Shown in pieces: positions 8,311 to 17,430 of a DNA stretch of 64,000 nucleotides (position 1 is its first letter; each line of letters starts with the position of its first letter). A model generated the notes under the pieces. That model had not been told where the DNA came from. It ran no database searches and saw nothing but the letters and a program-made list of their open reading frames with translations. A program made the translations under genes and the position numbers. Source of the stretch: Terriglobia bacterium (GTDB taxonomy: Bacteria; Acidobacteriota; Terriglobia; Acidiferrales; UBA7541); assembly GCA_963757625.1 (NCBI GenBank), contig CAVWSJ010000002.1, forward strand, positions 4,954 to 68,953, in the 5' to 3' direction.

Positions 8311-8826
8311 GGATCTTCCAGGGCTCGATGCAGTCCTCTGACTTTCAAATTTCAAATCTGAACTTTCAAATTGATTCTTTACTGCATTCTCTACCGGCTC
8401 CGCGCGAAATCCTCCTCCCGGCAGCGCCGCCCGTCCGCGCGCAAATCGCGACACATATTCGGCAAACTGCTGTTTCGGCACCGGAGGCGCCAGCCGCTCC
8501 AGCCGCATTCGCCAGGAAGGCGGAGGAAGACGCCCGGGTACATCGCTGCCGGTCCAGTGCCCGTACCGTTTGCCCTCGTGCTCCCAAACAAACAGCAATC
8601 CTTTGTCCTGGAACTCGTCGAAGATCTGCTCGAGCCGTTCGATCGTCAGGTTGTGCCGGATCGCGGCGACGCGTCCCCAGATGACGCGCAGATTCGTCAC
8701 TTCAAAGCAGCCCGAAGCATCCGCCAGGCCATAGAGCCACGCGTACTCGGCCTGCGCCCATTCCGCGCACGAGGCCAGCTTGTCCGAACCCCACATCGCA
8801 TCGAAATCAATTACGCGTTTCGGCAT
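8263..8826 (-). CDS. Phage-like hypothetical protein (possible replisome-organiser/DnaD-like N-terminus)
   Basis: MWGSDKLASC..AQAEYAWLYGLADASGCFEV...LEQIFDEFQDKGLLFVWEHEGKRYGHW fits the general pattern of phage replisome-organiser N-domains; this resemblance is weak. The C-terminus reads through a TTCAAAT repeat into the IS30 flank, so it may be displaced or truncated. Confidence 0.4.
   Translation of the reverse strand: MPKRVIDFDAMWGSDKLASCAEWAQAEYAWLYGLADASGCFEVTNLRVIWGRVAAIRHNLTIERLEQIFDEFQDKGLLFVWEHEGKRYGHWTGSDVPGRLPPPSWRMRLERLAPPVPKQQFAEYVSRFARGRAALPGGGFRAEPVENAVKNQFESSDLKFESQRTASSPGRSANLCQLNRSMQHHLV
8341..8373. repeat. AT-rich TTCAAATYT-type dispersed repeat
   Basis: actttcaaatttcaaatctgaactttcaaattg. 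Confidence 0.7.
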
Positions 8827-8965
8827 GTTCCACCTCGGCTCTTAAAGAGCGCTTACAAGAGCGCCTCCGTAAACCAGAATCCGTACGCGGGCGGACACTT
8901 CACGCCGGCGGGGCCTGACGCGAATGGCAAAAACCGCGCACCTGGTTCCCGCACAACATTTTCCT

Positions 8966-8996
8966 TCTCAAATTTCAAATCTCAGTTTTCAAATCG
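8966..8996. repeat. AT-rich TTCAAATYT-type dispersed repeat
   Basis: tctcaaatttcaaatctcagttttcaaatcg. Confidence 0.7.
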
Positions 8997-9097
8997 TTTC
9001 CAGTGCGGCCCACTATTTTCAGGCGTCGAGCGCGTGCCGTCGCCATCGGTCAGAGCGCCCCTCGAATCGCGCGCTTCGCGGGGGATGGAGCCCGTGC

Positions 9098-9549
9098 TCA
9101 GCTTGAGATCGACACAGCGTCTTGTCCGGTATCGACCAATCGCGCCATGTGATATTCCCACACGCATTCGCCGCGACCGTCAGTCACGGACCGCGCCACG
9201 ATCGCGCCTTCGCGATGGCGTTTCACCACCTCGTATCCGCCGTTTTCCATCTTGCGCAAATGTCTCAATTGTGCCGAGATCGACGCTTCCCCGTAGCGCG
9301 TAGCCTCAACCGCCCGCCCCGCGACGATCTTCCAAGCGACGCTTCACTTCTCCCGAGTGCGGATGCTCCCTTCAATTCCTTCGGCATTGCCGCATACGGA
9401 AGCCCGCGCACTGCGACGAATCCGCTCTCAACAGGTCCGACATCAACCCTGCCAGGCACATGCCATTGATTCCGTTCTGACAACTCCCCTCTCCTAACTG
9501 ACCGAAAGCACCCAGTCAACATGCTCCGTCTTCGGTAGAAATGGATCAC
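9098..9549 (-). CDS. Possible winged-helix DNA-binding protein (frame broken; start uncertain)
   Basis: The minus-strand frame ending at the TGA at 9098-9100 reads VAWKIVAGRAVEATRYGEASISAQLRHLRKMENGGYEVVKRHREGAIVARSV, an ArsR/MarR-like recognition helix plus wing. It has no start codon unless joined to ORF 9265..9549 in another frame. Confidence 0.3.
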
Positions 9550-9585
9550 CCGTCAGCAACCGCCGTTTGCGAATAATCCTTACAA

Positions 9586-9634
9586 TTCAATTCCGACTAA
9601 GGACATTCAATTGCAATGCCGCCCACTCAATTGC
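9586..9634. promoter_or_regulatory. Three iteron-like direct repeats, TCAATT(GC), phased at exactly 20 bp
   Basis: TCAATT starts at 9587, 9607 and 9627 (aTTCAATTcc, aTTCAATTGCaa, cTCAATTGCct). They lie in an AT-rich non-coding stretch between the putative wHTH gene and the IS5 element. Confidence 0.4.
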
Positions 9635-9820
9635 CTTTCCAATCCCGAACAATCTCCCGTATCCGTCGCAATCATATTTGCAAGAATCTTCCATAGAATA
9701 CTTATATGTTCTAAGGGATGTTTATAACTTATGTATCTCACTGAGTACTTACTATATGGTTAGGATGTGTCATGTTGGGACTAGAAATAATGCGAATCGA
9801 TAAGTCGCCCAAGAAGTTTA

Positions 9821-10669
9821 GAAGCCATCTCATAAATGCCTCAGGAGGATAATGAGGCACCGAGTTGGAGCATGCCGAGGAAATTGGCTTCGTGATATTC
9901 CCAGCGGCTGACAAGTCGGCGGAAATTATGGAGCCAGGCAAAGAGGCGCTCGATTTTCCAGCGCCGACAATAGCGACGAAGTTCGCGACCGTCCTGGGTG
10001 CTCTTGCGGCAGCGGTTGTACTTGTGAGGCGCGATAAGCCGAATGCCGTGTTTTTGCCGGAGGCGCTGATCAAGCGGATCGCTGTCGTAGGCGCGGTCGC
10101 CGATCATTCGTTTTGGTTTGGCTCGCGTGAAACGCTGCGCGACGGTCGCTTCGACGAGTCTCGTTTCATGAGGCGAAGCGCTGGTGACGCAGCAGGCGAC
10201 AGGAAGACCATGGCGGTCTGCGATCGCCATGATTTTACTGCCTTTTCCTCGGCGAGTCGGGCCGACAGCAGCGCCCCTTTTTTCGCCGAACTGAAGCTGG
10301 CGTCGATGAACGTTTCCGACAGATCCAGTTTGCCGCGCGCCCGCAGGTCTTCGGCGAGCGCGTGCAAGAGCCGGTCCAGCGTACCGTCGCGCTGCCACTG
10401 CTGAAAGCGCCGGTGGCAGGTTTGATAGGGAGGATAGCGGTCGGGCAGATCGTGCCAAGGAGCACCCGTGCGCAAAACCCAAAGAACACCGTTCAGCACG
10501 GCTTGCGTATCGCGCCAAGGCCGACCTCGACCGTCGGAACGTCGCTTCGGAGCAAGCAGTGGCTTGAGTTTCTCCCACTGCGCCGCAGTTAGGTCCATGT
10601 TCCTGATTTACTCTTGTTTGCATAACTCGCAAGCTCGGAAAGACTTAAATGTGATTATGAGATAACTTC
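9821..10669 (-). mobile_element. IS5-family (IS427-group-like) insertion sequence, 849 bp, apparently intact
   Basis: Terminal inverted repeats are GAAGCCATCTCATAA (9821-9835) and the reverse complement of TTATGAGATAACTTC (10655-10669), 13/15 matching. TA flanks both ends (9819-9820 and 10670-10671). Two overlapping transposase frames carry an A6G slippery run. Confidence 0.8.
9841..10598 (-). CDS. IS5 family transposase, OrfA (10104..10598) and OrfAB fusion by programmed -1 frameshift
   Basis: OrfA reads LTAAQWEKLKPLL...GRPWRDTQAVLNGVLWVLRTGAPWHDLPDRYPPYQTCHRRFQQWQRDG. OrfB lies in the -1 frame and reads DRAYDSDPLDQRLRQKHGIRLIAPHK...RRWKIERLFAWLHNFRRLVSRWEY. AAAAAAG on the minus strand sits at 10283..10277, in the overlap. 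Confidence 0.85.
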
Positions 10670-10879
10670 TAGCAACTTAATGAGATAATCATACTTGAAT
10701 CGCGGAGAATGAGTTTGGCGGAGATATTTGATCGGCCGGCGTGAAGGCGATGACTAACGATGGCGGTGATTCTATGAGATGACTTCCGTTGGGCCGAGAC
10801 CGGAGCAGGGCCCAACGATTGAGGGATCTTGACACCTTGTGCAGATAGTAGAATAAGACACCGGGAAAAGGAATCGCAG

Positions 10880-12314
10880 ATGAAGATGCGGACGGAAAAG
10901 GATTCTCTGGGCCAGCGCGAAGTACCTTTTGCCGCGTATTATGGCATTCAAACACAGCGTGCGATGGATAATTTCCCGATCAGCGGTATCCGCGCACATG
11001 CACAATTGATTCGCGCGATGGGGATGATCAAAGAGGCCGCCGCGGCGGCAAATCGGGAATTGAAATTGCTCGATATCAGGCGAGCACGCGCGATCGTTCG
11101 TGCCGCGGAGGAGGTGATCGCCGGGAGGTGGAATGATCAATTTGTGGTGGACGTTTATCAGGCTGGAGCTGGCGTTTCGTTCCACATGAATGCGAATGAG
11201 GTCATCGCAAATCGAGCCATCGAGTTGCTCGGAGGCAAGCGAGGAGAATATCAAATTTGCCATCCGAACGATCATGTTAACTGTTCGCAATCGACAAATG
11301 ATGTGTTTCCGACTGCCATGCGCCTGGCCACTTTATTTCTATTCGGCGAAGTCCTCATCGCGCTGAAGGACCTCAAGCGATCCTTTGCACGGGAAGCGGA
11401 ATTATTTGATCACGTTCTCAAGTCCGGGCGTACGCACATGATGGATGCGGTGCCCATTCGATTGGGGCAGGAATTTGCGCGCTTATGCCACGGCGATGCG
11501 ACGTGTCGCCGTCCTTCTGAAGCAATCTGCAGGATTTGCTGCGCGAGATAGGACTCGGCGGTTCGGCGGTAGGAACGGGGGTGAACACGCATCCGAAATA
11601 TCAGAAACTCGTGGTCAAATACTTGAAGAAGATTTCGGGATGCGACCTTCGACCAACTGACGATTTGCGGTACGCCATGCAGTCCAATCTCGCCATGAGC
11701 GTGGCATCTTCCGCTCTGCGCAATCTGGCGCTTGAATTGATACGAATTAGCAATGATTTGAGGCTTTTATCGAGCGGGCCAAATACCGGGTTCGCGGAAA
11801 TTCGATTGCCCGCGTTGCAACCGGGTTCATCGATCATGCCCGGCAAGGTCAATCCGGTGATGGCCGAATTGACAGCGATGGTGGGGTTTCAGGTGTTTGG
11901 CGCGGATGCAGTCACGGCGATGGCTGTGCAAGCAGGCCAGCTTGAATTGAACGTAATGATGCCTGCGATGGCTTGGAACGTCCTCCACGCCGCGGAAATT
12001 TTGAAAAACACGATGAAGGTGCTGGCTACAAAGTGCGTCGAGGGTATTACTGCGAACGAGGAGCGATGCGCCTATTACGCAACGCCACGATTTCGATCGC
12101 TGCCGCCTTGAACCCCTACATCGGCTATGCGGCAGCGGCCGAGATCGCAAAGGAAAGCGTGAGGACTGGAAAGCCAGTTACGGAAATAGCGCTTGAACGG
12201 AAACTTCTGGACATAGGGACGATTGGGAAAATTCTTGATCCGATGCGAATGACTTCCCCAACTGCGCCTATTCGAAAGGCAGGCAAGGGACCAATAAAGA
12301 CGAAGCATCCGTGA
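10880..12314 (+). CDS. aspA: Aspartate ammonia-lyase (class II fumarase/aspartase family), frame broken twice
   Basis: REVPFAAYYGIQTQRAMDNFPISG, DQFVVDVYQAGAGVSFHMNANEVIAN, GEYQICHPNDHVNCSQSTND and the signature GSSIMPGKVNPVMAE. The gene is spread over ORFs 10829..11551, 11536..12111 and 11973..12314 (three frames). The ATG at 10880 follows an AAAGGAA SD. Confidence 0.8.
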
Positions 12315-12346
12315 GTTCCGGTGAGACATGCACAGGTTTGAGTAAA

Positions 12347-12377
12347 GAAATCGAAATTTGAGATTTCAGATTTCGGA
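12347..12377. repeat. AT-rich TTCAAATYT-type dispersed repeat
   Basis: gaaatcgaaatttgagatttcagatttcgga (reverse orientation of the family). Confidence 0.7.
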
Positions 12378-12528
12378 AAACGGACCGGGAGCGGTGCAAT
12401 TAGAGGTATCAGATCTGAATGAGCAGGCCGAGAAACAATCTTGCAGTGCTCCCCAATAAGATCGGACACCTCAATTCGGTAAGGTCCAAATCTCCCAACG
12501 GGAGGCAACGTGGGCAGGAACCCTCGCC

Positions 12529-12552
12529 TTGAAATTTGAATTGCAGATTTGA
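12529..12552. repeat. AT-rich TTCAAATYT-type dispersed repeat (short copy)
   Basis: ttgaaatttgaattgcagatttga. Confidence 0.6.
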
Positions 12553-12617
12553 GCGGGCGAGTCGGACCCAAGAACACGAGGATCGTCGAATCGTTTGAGG
12601 CGGATTGATATCTGGAA

Positions 12618-13085
12618 TTACGGGGCCACCGGGGCCTTTTCGAGCAGTTTTTCCTTGCGATAAATCAGGGCGTTGATGTTTGACGTGGCAAGCTCGAAGC
12701 CATGGCCATGCGTGATGGCGTCGGTTGGGCAGGCCTCCACGCAATAGCCGCAAAAAATACAGCGGGAATAATCAATATTGTAAACGCTCGCGTAGCGCTC
12801 ACCGGCGGAAATTCGCTGCGCGTCGGTATTTTCGGCGGCTTCGATATAAATGCAACGGGCGGGGCATGCGGCGGCACACAAGAAGCATCCGACGCATTTT
12901 TCCAGGCCGTTTTCGTCGCGATGCAGAACATGAATTCCGCGGTAGCGCGGTTGAAAGTGGACGGGTTCTTCGGGATAATTTTCCGTAACGGTTTTCCGCA
13001 GCATATTGCGGAACGTCACGCTGAAACCCTTTACCAGCGTGGCGAGCGTTTCGCCCGCTTCCTTGATCATCGATGGCATCGGCAT
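12618..13085 (-). CDS. nuoI: NADH-quinone oxidoreductase subunit I-like 2x[4Fe-4S] ferredoxin (orphan; no other nuo genes nearby)
   Basis: ENYPEEPVHFQPRYRGIHVL, CVGCFLCAAACP and CIFCGYCVEACPTDAI, in the NuoI arrangement. Confidence 0.75.
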   Translation of the reverse strand: MPMPSMIKEAGETLATLVKGFSVTFRNMLRKTVTENYPEEPVHFQPRYRGIHVLHRDENGLEKCVGCFLCAAACPARCIYIEAAENTDAQRISAGERYASVYNIDYSRCIFCGYCVEACPTDAITHGHGFELATSNINALIYRKEKLLEKAPVAP

Positions 13086-13162
13086 TCAGTCTAACAAAGT
13101 CGGCTGATGCGCAGCAAATGCGATGGACGTGCGGGTTATCTTCACGATGAACCGGCGCGCGG

Positions 13163-14163
13163 TTAAGAAAGGTTTGAACTCGTTCTCCCGCCGGAAAGAG
13201 CGGCGACGATCTGTTTGCCGTGGAAACGGCCGTTTTCGATGAAGATTTCGCTGGTGTGATTTCCGCCGATCACGACTCCGGCTAAGAAAATGCCCGGCAC
13301 ATTGCTTTCATGGGTTTGCGGATCCATCGCCGGCTTATTGGTATCCGGGTCGAGCGAAATGCCCAGGGAGCGCAAGAATTCGAAGTCAGGATGGTAGCCG
13401 GTCAGAGCAAATACCTGATCCGCGGAGAGCACTCTTTCACTCACCACGGGTTGAAACCCAAACCCGGCCCGGCTCGATGCGTTTCACTTCCGTCTCGAAC
13501 AGCGCATGGATCTGGCCCGCCTTGATTCGATTTTCGATATCGGGCCGAACCCAATACTTGATTGTGGAACCCAACTCCGCCCGGCGATGGATCAATGTCA
13601 CGTTCGCTCCCGACGCGGTAGAGGTCGAGCGCCGCTTCCGCGGCCGAATTCTTTCCGCCAATGACAATGACATCTTGCCGCCAAAACGGATGCGGCTCGG
13701 TGTAGTAATGAGAGACGTGCGGCAAATCTTCGCCGGGGACGCCAAGGCGATTCGGAAGATCATAGTAGCCCGTGGCGACGACTATTTTTCGCGCGGCAAA
13801 TTGCGCGGCAATTCCCTGCTCGTTGCGCGTGTGCACGCTGAAACGGCCATCGCTCCCTTCGACGCGCTCGACGCGATGGCCCAGACGCAGATCCAGCGAA
13901 TAATGTTCCACGCATTTGCGGTAATACTTGAGCGCTTCGCGTGCGATTGGGCTTCTCGGTCGGTGCTCGTCAGCGGCAAGATCGCCAATTTCGAGAAGTT
14001 CCGGCGTCGTAAAAAAGACCATGTTGACCGGATAGTGATACAGGGAGTTGCACAGGCAGCCCTTGTCGATCACCAGGGGGCGCATCCCGGCGCGTTTGGC
14101 CTCAATGGCGCAGGCCAGGCCCGTGGGTCCCGCTCCAATGCAGATCAGGTCGTATGTGCTCAC
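13163..14163 (-). CDS. ypdA: YpdA-family FAD/NAD(P)-dependent disulfide reductase (putative bacillithiol-disulfide reductase type), frame broken twice
   Basis: YDLICIGAGPTGLACAIEAKRAGM, ATGYYDLPNRLGVPGEDLPHVSHYY, VIVIGGKNSAAEAALDLYR, ALTGYHPDFEFL and VPGIFLAGVVIGGNHTSEIFIENGRFHG. The gene is spread over ORFs 13441..14232, 13437..13763 and 13163..13447. The GTG start at 14163 is a guess. Confidence 0.75.
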
Positions 14164-14412
14164 GAAAGCAGTTTGCCTCGGGAAAGATTGTTTTGCAACG
14201 GCCCGTCGTCGTCCGTTCATCCGTCGGCTCACGATCTTGTAACCAAATTTTTACAATCTGCGCGTATAATCTTGGGCTGGTGCGAGATTCACCTTCGCAA
14301 ATGAGCCTATGACGGCCAGCTGAAACCATCTCCATCGAACCCGCCTGAACTGCCTCTTGAGACTACGAAAGCCTCTTGAACCCTCCGCGCGTATCCGGGA
14401 GCGCTGATCGTC

Positions 14413-15066
14413 GTGGAAGGGATCGATGGCTCGGGAAAGAGCACGCAACTCTACCTGCTCAAGAGGTGGCTCGAAATCGGCGGGTATCGCCTGCATTTCA
14501 CGGAATGGAACTCCTCCCCTCTGGTGAAATCGGCGACGCGGCGCGGGAAACAACGACGGTTGCTGACGCCCACCACGTTTTCGCTTCTGCACGCCGCTGA
14601 CTTTGCGGACCGCTGCGAGCGGCAGATCCTGCCTCTGCTTCACGGCGGATATCTGGTCCTCGCCGACCGTTACATTTACACGGCATTTGCGCGCGACGTG
14701 GCGCGGAACTGCTCGCCGCGCTGGCTGCGAAATCTATACCGTTTTGCGCCGGTTCCGGACATCACTTTTTATTTTCGCGCGCCGCTGGACGTGGCCGTCA
14801 ACCGGATCATGAGCGGCAGGCCAAAGTTCAAGTATTACGAAGCCGGGATGGATTTGAATCTGTCTCTCGACCGGGCGGAAAGCTTCCGGATTTTTCAGGG
14901 GCGCATCCTGGCGCAGTACGATGAGATGATCGAATCCGACAAATTCGTGGTGATGGACGGGACGCTTCCCGTGAACAACCTGCAAAAGCAGATGCGCCAG
15001 ATCGTGAAATCGCGCATCGATTTATCGCGGTTCGCTCCCAAGAAGGCCGCGCGGAGGCCTCGATGA
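14413..15066 (+). CDS. Thymidylate-kinase-like protein, paralogue 1
   Basis: P-loop EGIDGSGKSTQ and LADRYIYTAF (DRY-type motif), with Tmk-like length. The N-terminus is short; GTG 14413 is the only start after an in-frame stop at 14377. Confidence 0.65.
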   Translation: MEGIDGSGKSTQLYLLKRWLEIGGYRLHFTEWNSSPLVKSATRRGKQRRLLTPTTFSLLHAADFADRCERQILPLLHGGYLVLADRYIYTAFARDVARNCSPRWLRNLYRFAPVPDITFYFRAPLDVAVNRIMSGRPKFKYYEAGMDLNLSLDRAESFRIFQGRILAQYDEMIESDKFVVMDGTLPVNNLQKQMRQIVKSRIDLSRFAPKKAARRPR

Positions 15067-15163
15067 AGCCCTCCCGGTCCGGTCGCAAGAATGGCCGCTG
15101 CCAAACTGGCTTCGTCGCACTCCGGGGTCGTCGCCGCGCAATTACGGGCTGCCGCTTCCGGGC

Positions 15164-15862
15164 GTGAACGACGAGGAATTCGGCGGATCGCTGATCGTGA
15201 TCGAGGGGATGGACGGCTCGGGCCGCTCGACGCAGATTTCACTGCTCACCGAATGGCTCGAATCGGAAGGCTTCGCGGTCCAGACGATGGGGCTGCGCCG
15301 TTCGGGACTGGTGGCGAAAGATATCGACGCGCTGCTCGCCGAAAACACGATCACCCGAATGACGCTGACGCTGATGTACGCGACCGATTTCTACGATCAG
15401 CTCGAGCACCGCATCATTCCGGCGCTGCGCTCCGATTTTGTGGTGCTGGCCGACCGCTATTTTTATACACTGATCGCCCGCGCGGCCGTGCGCGGCATCG
15501 AGCGCGAATATTTGCACGGCCTTTACGAAATGGCCTTGCGCCCGGATCTCACGTTCTGGCTCAACGTCCGGCCCGAGGCGGCGTTCGAGCGCGAGTTTCG
15601 CAAGTCTCATGCGATCAGCTATTGGGAGTCGGGGCGCGACATGTCCCTCTCCAATGATTTATTTCAGTCATTCATCATGTATCAAGCCAAGATCAAGAAA
15701 GAATTTGAAGCGCTCGCCGAGAAACAGAATTTTCTCGCGATGGATGGCGAGGCGAGTGTGGCCACGGTGAATGCGGAACTCCGGAAGCGAATTGCCGCTC
15801 ATCTGGGCATTCAACGGACGCATTACCGGCCCTCCTCCGCCCTGGCTCCCTTGTGGCGCTGA
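15164..15862 (+). CDS. Thymidylate-kinase-like protein, paralogue 2 (P-loop Lys replaced by Arg)
   Basis: IVIEGMDGSGRSTQ has GR where GK is expected, followed by LADRYFYTLIARA. Its stop overlaps the start of the downstream ppx-like gene. Confidence 0.65.
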   Translation: MNDEEFGGSLIVIEGMDGSGRSTQISLLTEWLESEGFAVQTMGLRRSGLVAKDIDALLAENTITRMTLTLMYATDFYDQLEHRIIPALRSDFVVLADRYFYTLIARAAVRGIEREYLHGLYEMALRPDLTFWLNVRPEAAFEREFRKSHAISYWESGRDMSLSNDLFQSFIMYQAKIKKEFEALAEKQNFLAMDGEASVATVNAELRKRIAAHLGIQRTHYRPSSALAPLWR

Positions 15863-17430
15863 GACTACCCAAACCCATTCACCTGGCCGCGATTGACGCC
15901 GGCTCGAACGCTTTCCGGCTGATCATTGCCCGTGTGCGTTCCGCCGACGAATGGGAGATTGTCGAATCGGTTCGCGCTCCCGTCCGCCTGGGCCATTCCG
16001 CGTTTACGTCCGGAAAATTTGACCGCAAGACTTTGCGCGACGCCACCGCCGCGTTTCGCGAGTTCCGAACGATCATGGACCGCCACGGCGTCGTTGCATA
16101 TCGCGCGGTGGCCACCAGCGCGGCCCGCGAGGCAGCCAATCGCCACGTTCTGATCGAACGCATTCATCACCAGGCCAGGATCAACCTCGAAGTCATCTCC
16201 GGGGAGGAAGAAGCGCGCCTGGTGCGCGTGGCAACACTGCGGGCGCTTCGCAATTTCGAGCCGCCTCGGTTCATCCTCGATCTGGGAGGGGGAAGCCTGG
16301 AACTCAGCGAATTGAGGAAAGGAGTACTGCAGAGAAGCATTGGTCTGCCCCTCGGGACTGTGCGCTTGATGGAGGCGTTTCACGTCCAGGGCGTGATCCA
16401 CGAACACTGCGCGAACGATATCTGGCTGCACGTATTGTCCGTGCTGCAGAGCGCCCTGGCGAATCGTCCGAGGTCCACGGCGGCGATTGCCGTTGCTTGT
16501 GGAGGAAACGCGGAAACGCTTGCCGCGCTTGCGCCGGGCCCAAGAATGGGCGGATTGGGCACGCTGAATGCCCGGCTGCTGAGCGACAGGCTCTGGAGAA
16601 TTCTCCAGCTCGACGTCGAGGGGCGCATGAAGACATTTGGGGTGCGCCGGGATCGCGCGGAAGTTATGGGTGTCGCGGCGATAATTCTGGTCACGGTGGC
16701 GCGGTGGTTGCGGCTTCGGCATATGATTACGCCGCGCGTGGGCGTACGCGAAGGCCTGCTCCAGGAACTTGCCGCCGCGCAGCTCGCGCCTCCCGCCCCA
16801 ACCGAAGAGCAGCGAAAACAAGCGCAGGTCATGATGGCGGGGGCGGAGTCCTTCGCCTGCCGCGTGCGCTGCGATTTGAAACACGCCGAGCAGGTTCGTC
16901 TGCTGGCCCTGCAGCTTTTCGACAAGCTGTGGCCCTATCATCACATGGATTTTGAGCTGAGGACCGTGCTGGAGGCAGCCGCGGTGCTTCACGATTCGGG
17001 GGAGTTGATCAATCGCAAGGGGCACCATCGTCACGGCGAATATCTGATCCGGAATGCAAAAATTCCGGGCCTCAGCGGCTGGGCAAAGAATATGACGGCC
17101 TGCCTGGTGCGCTACCACAACAAAAAATCCGAGCCCAGCGCGGCGCACAAAGTCTTCGCCTCTCTCAATCGGGATCAAAGAAAGGAAGCGCGCATTCTGG
17201 CCGGGATGCTCCGGCTGGCGGAGCGCCTCGAAAGCGACCACAGCCAGGCGATCGCGAAATTATCCATCGAAGGCGGACCGCGCGACGTTCGCATTCACGT
17301 GGAGCTGCGGGACTCCTCTCGCCTGAATCTTGCCGGAATCGAGCGGAAGGCGCGGCTGCTCGAGCGCGAGTTGAACCTTCGCCTGTCCTTCCACCGCGTT
17401 CTCGTGGTGGAGAAGGAAAGGGTGGCGTAA
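15853..17430 (+). CDS. ppx: Ppx/GppA family phosphatase with C-terminal HD-like domain
   Basis: AAIDAGSNAFRLIIARV, LDLGGGSLEL, and C-terminal LHDSGELINRKGHHRHGEYLI. The 525-aa frame is intact, and the GTG start overlaps the upstream stop. Confidence 0.8.
   Translation: MALRLPKPIHLAAIDAGSNAFRLIIARVRSADEWEIVESVRAPVRLGHSAFTSGKFDRKTLRDATAAFREFRTIMDRHGVVAYRAVATSAAREAANRHVLIERIHHQARINLEVISGEEEARLVRVATLRALRNFEPPRFILDLGGGSLELSELRKGVLQRSIGLPLGTVRLMEAFHVQGVIHEHCANDIWLHVLSVLQSALANRPRSTAAIAVACGGNAETLAALAPGPRMGGLGTLNARLLSDRLWRILQLDVEGRMKTFGVRRDRAEVMGVAAIILVTVARWLRLRHMITPRVGVREGLLQELAAAQLAPPAPTEEQRKQAQVMMAGAESFACRVRCDLKHAEQVRLLALQLFDKLWPYHHMDFELRTVLEAAAVLHDSGELINRKGHHRHGEYLIRNAKIPGLSGWAKNMTACLVRYHNKKSEPSAAHKVFASLNRDQRKEARILAGMLRLAERLESDHSQAIAKLSIEGGPRDVRIHVELRDSSRLNLAGIERKARLLERELNLRLSFHRVLVVEKERVA

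Noticed and set aside
15865-17241. 458-aa ORF antisense to the Ppx/GppA gene. Similar long antisense ORFs occur at 57281..58378 (opposite ppdK), 60359..61585 (opposite glyS), 43392..44219 (opposite nfo), 20222..20950 (opposite parB), 29057..29998 (opposite tolB) and 27134..27988 (opposite tolR and tolA).
   Set aside because: Their translations are Arg/Gly/Pro/Ala-rich and low in complexity, with no family motifs. They lie exactly opposite strongly recognisable genes. Long stop-free antisense frames are expected in GC-rich DNA.
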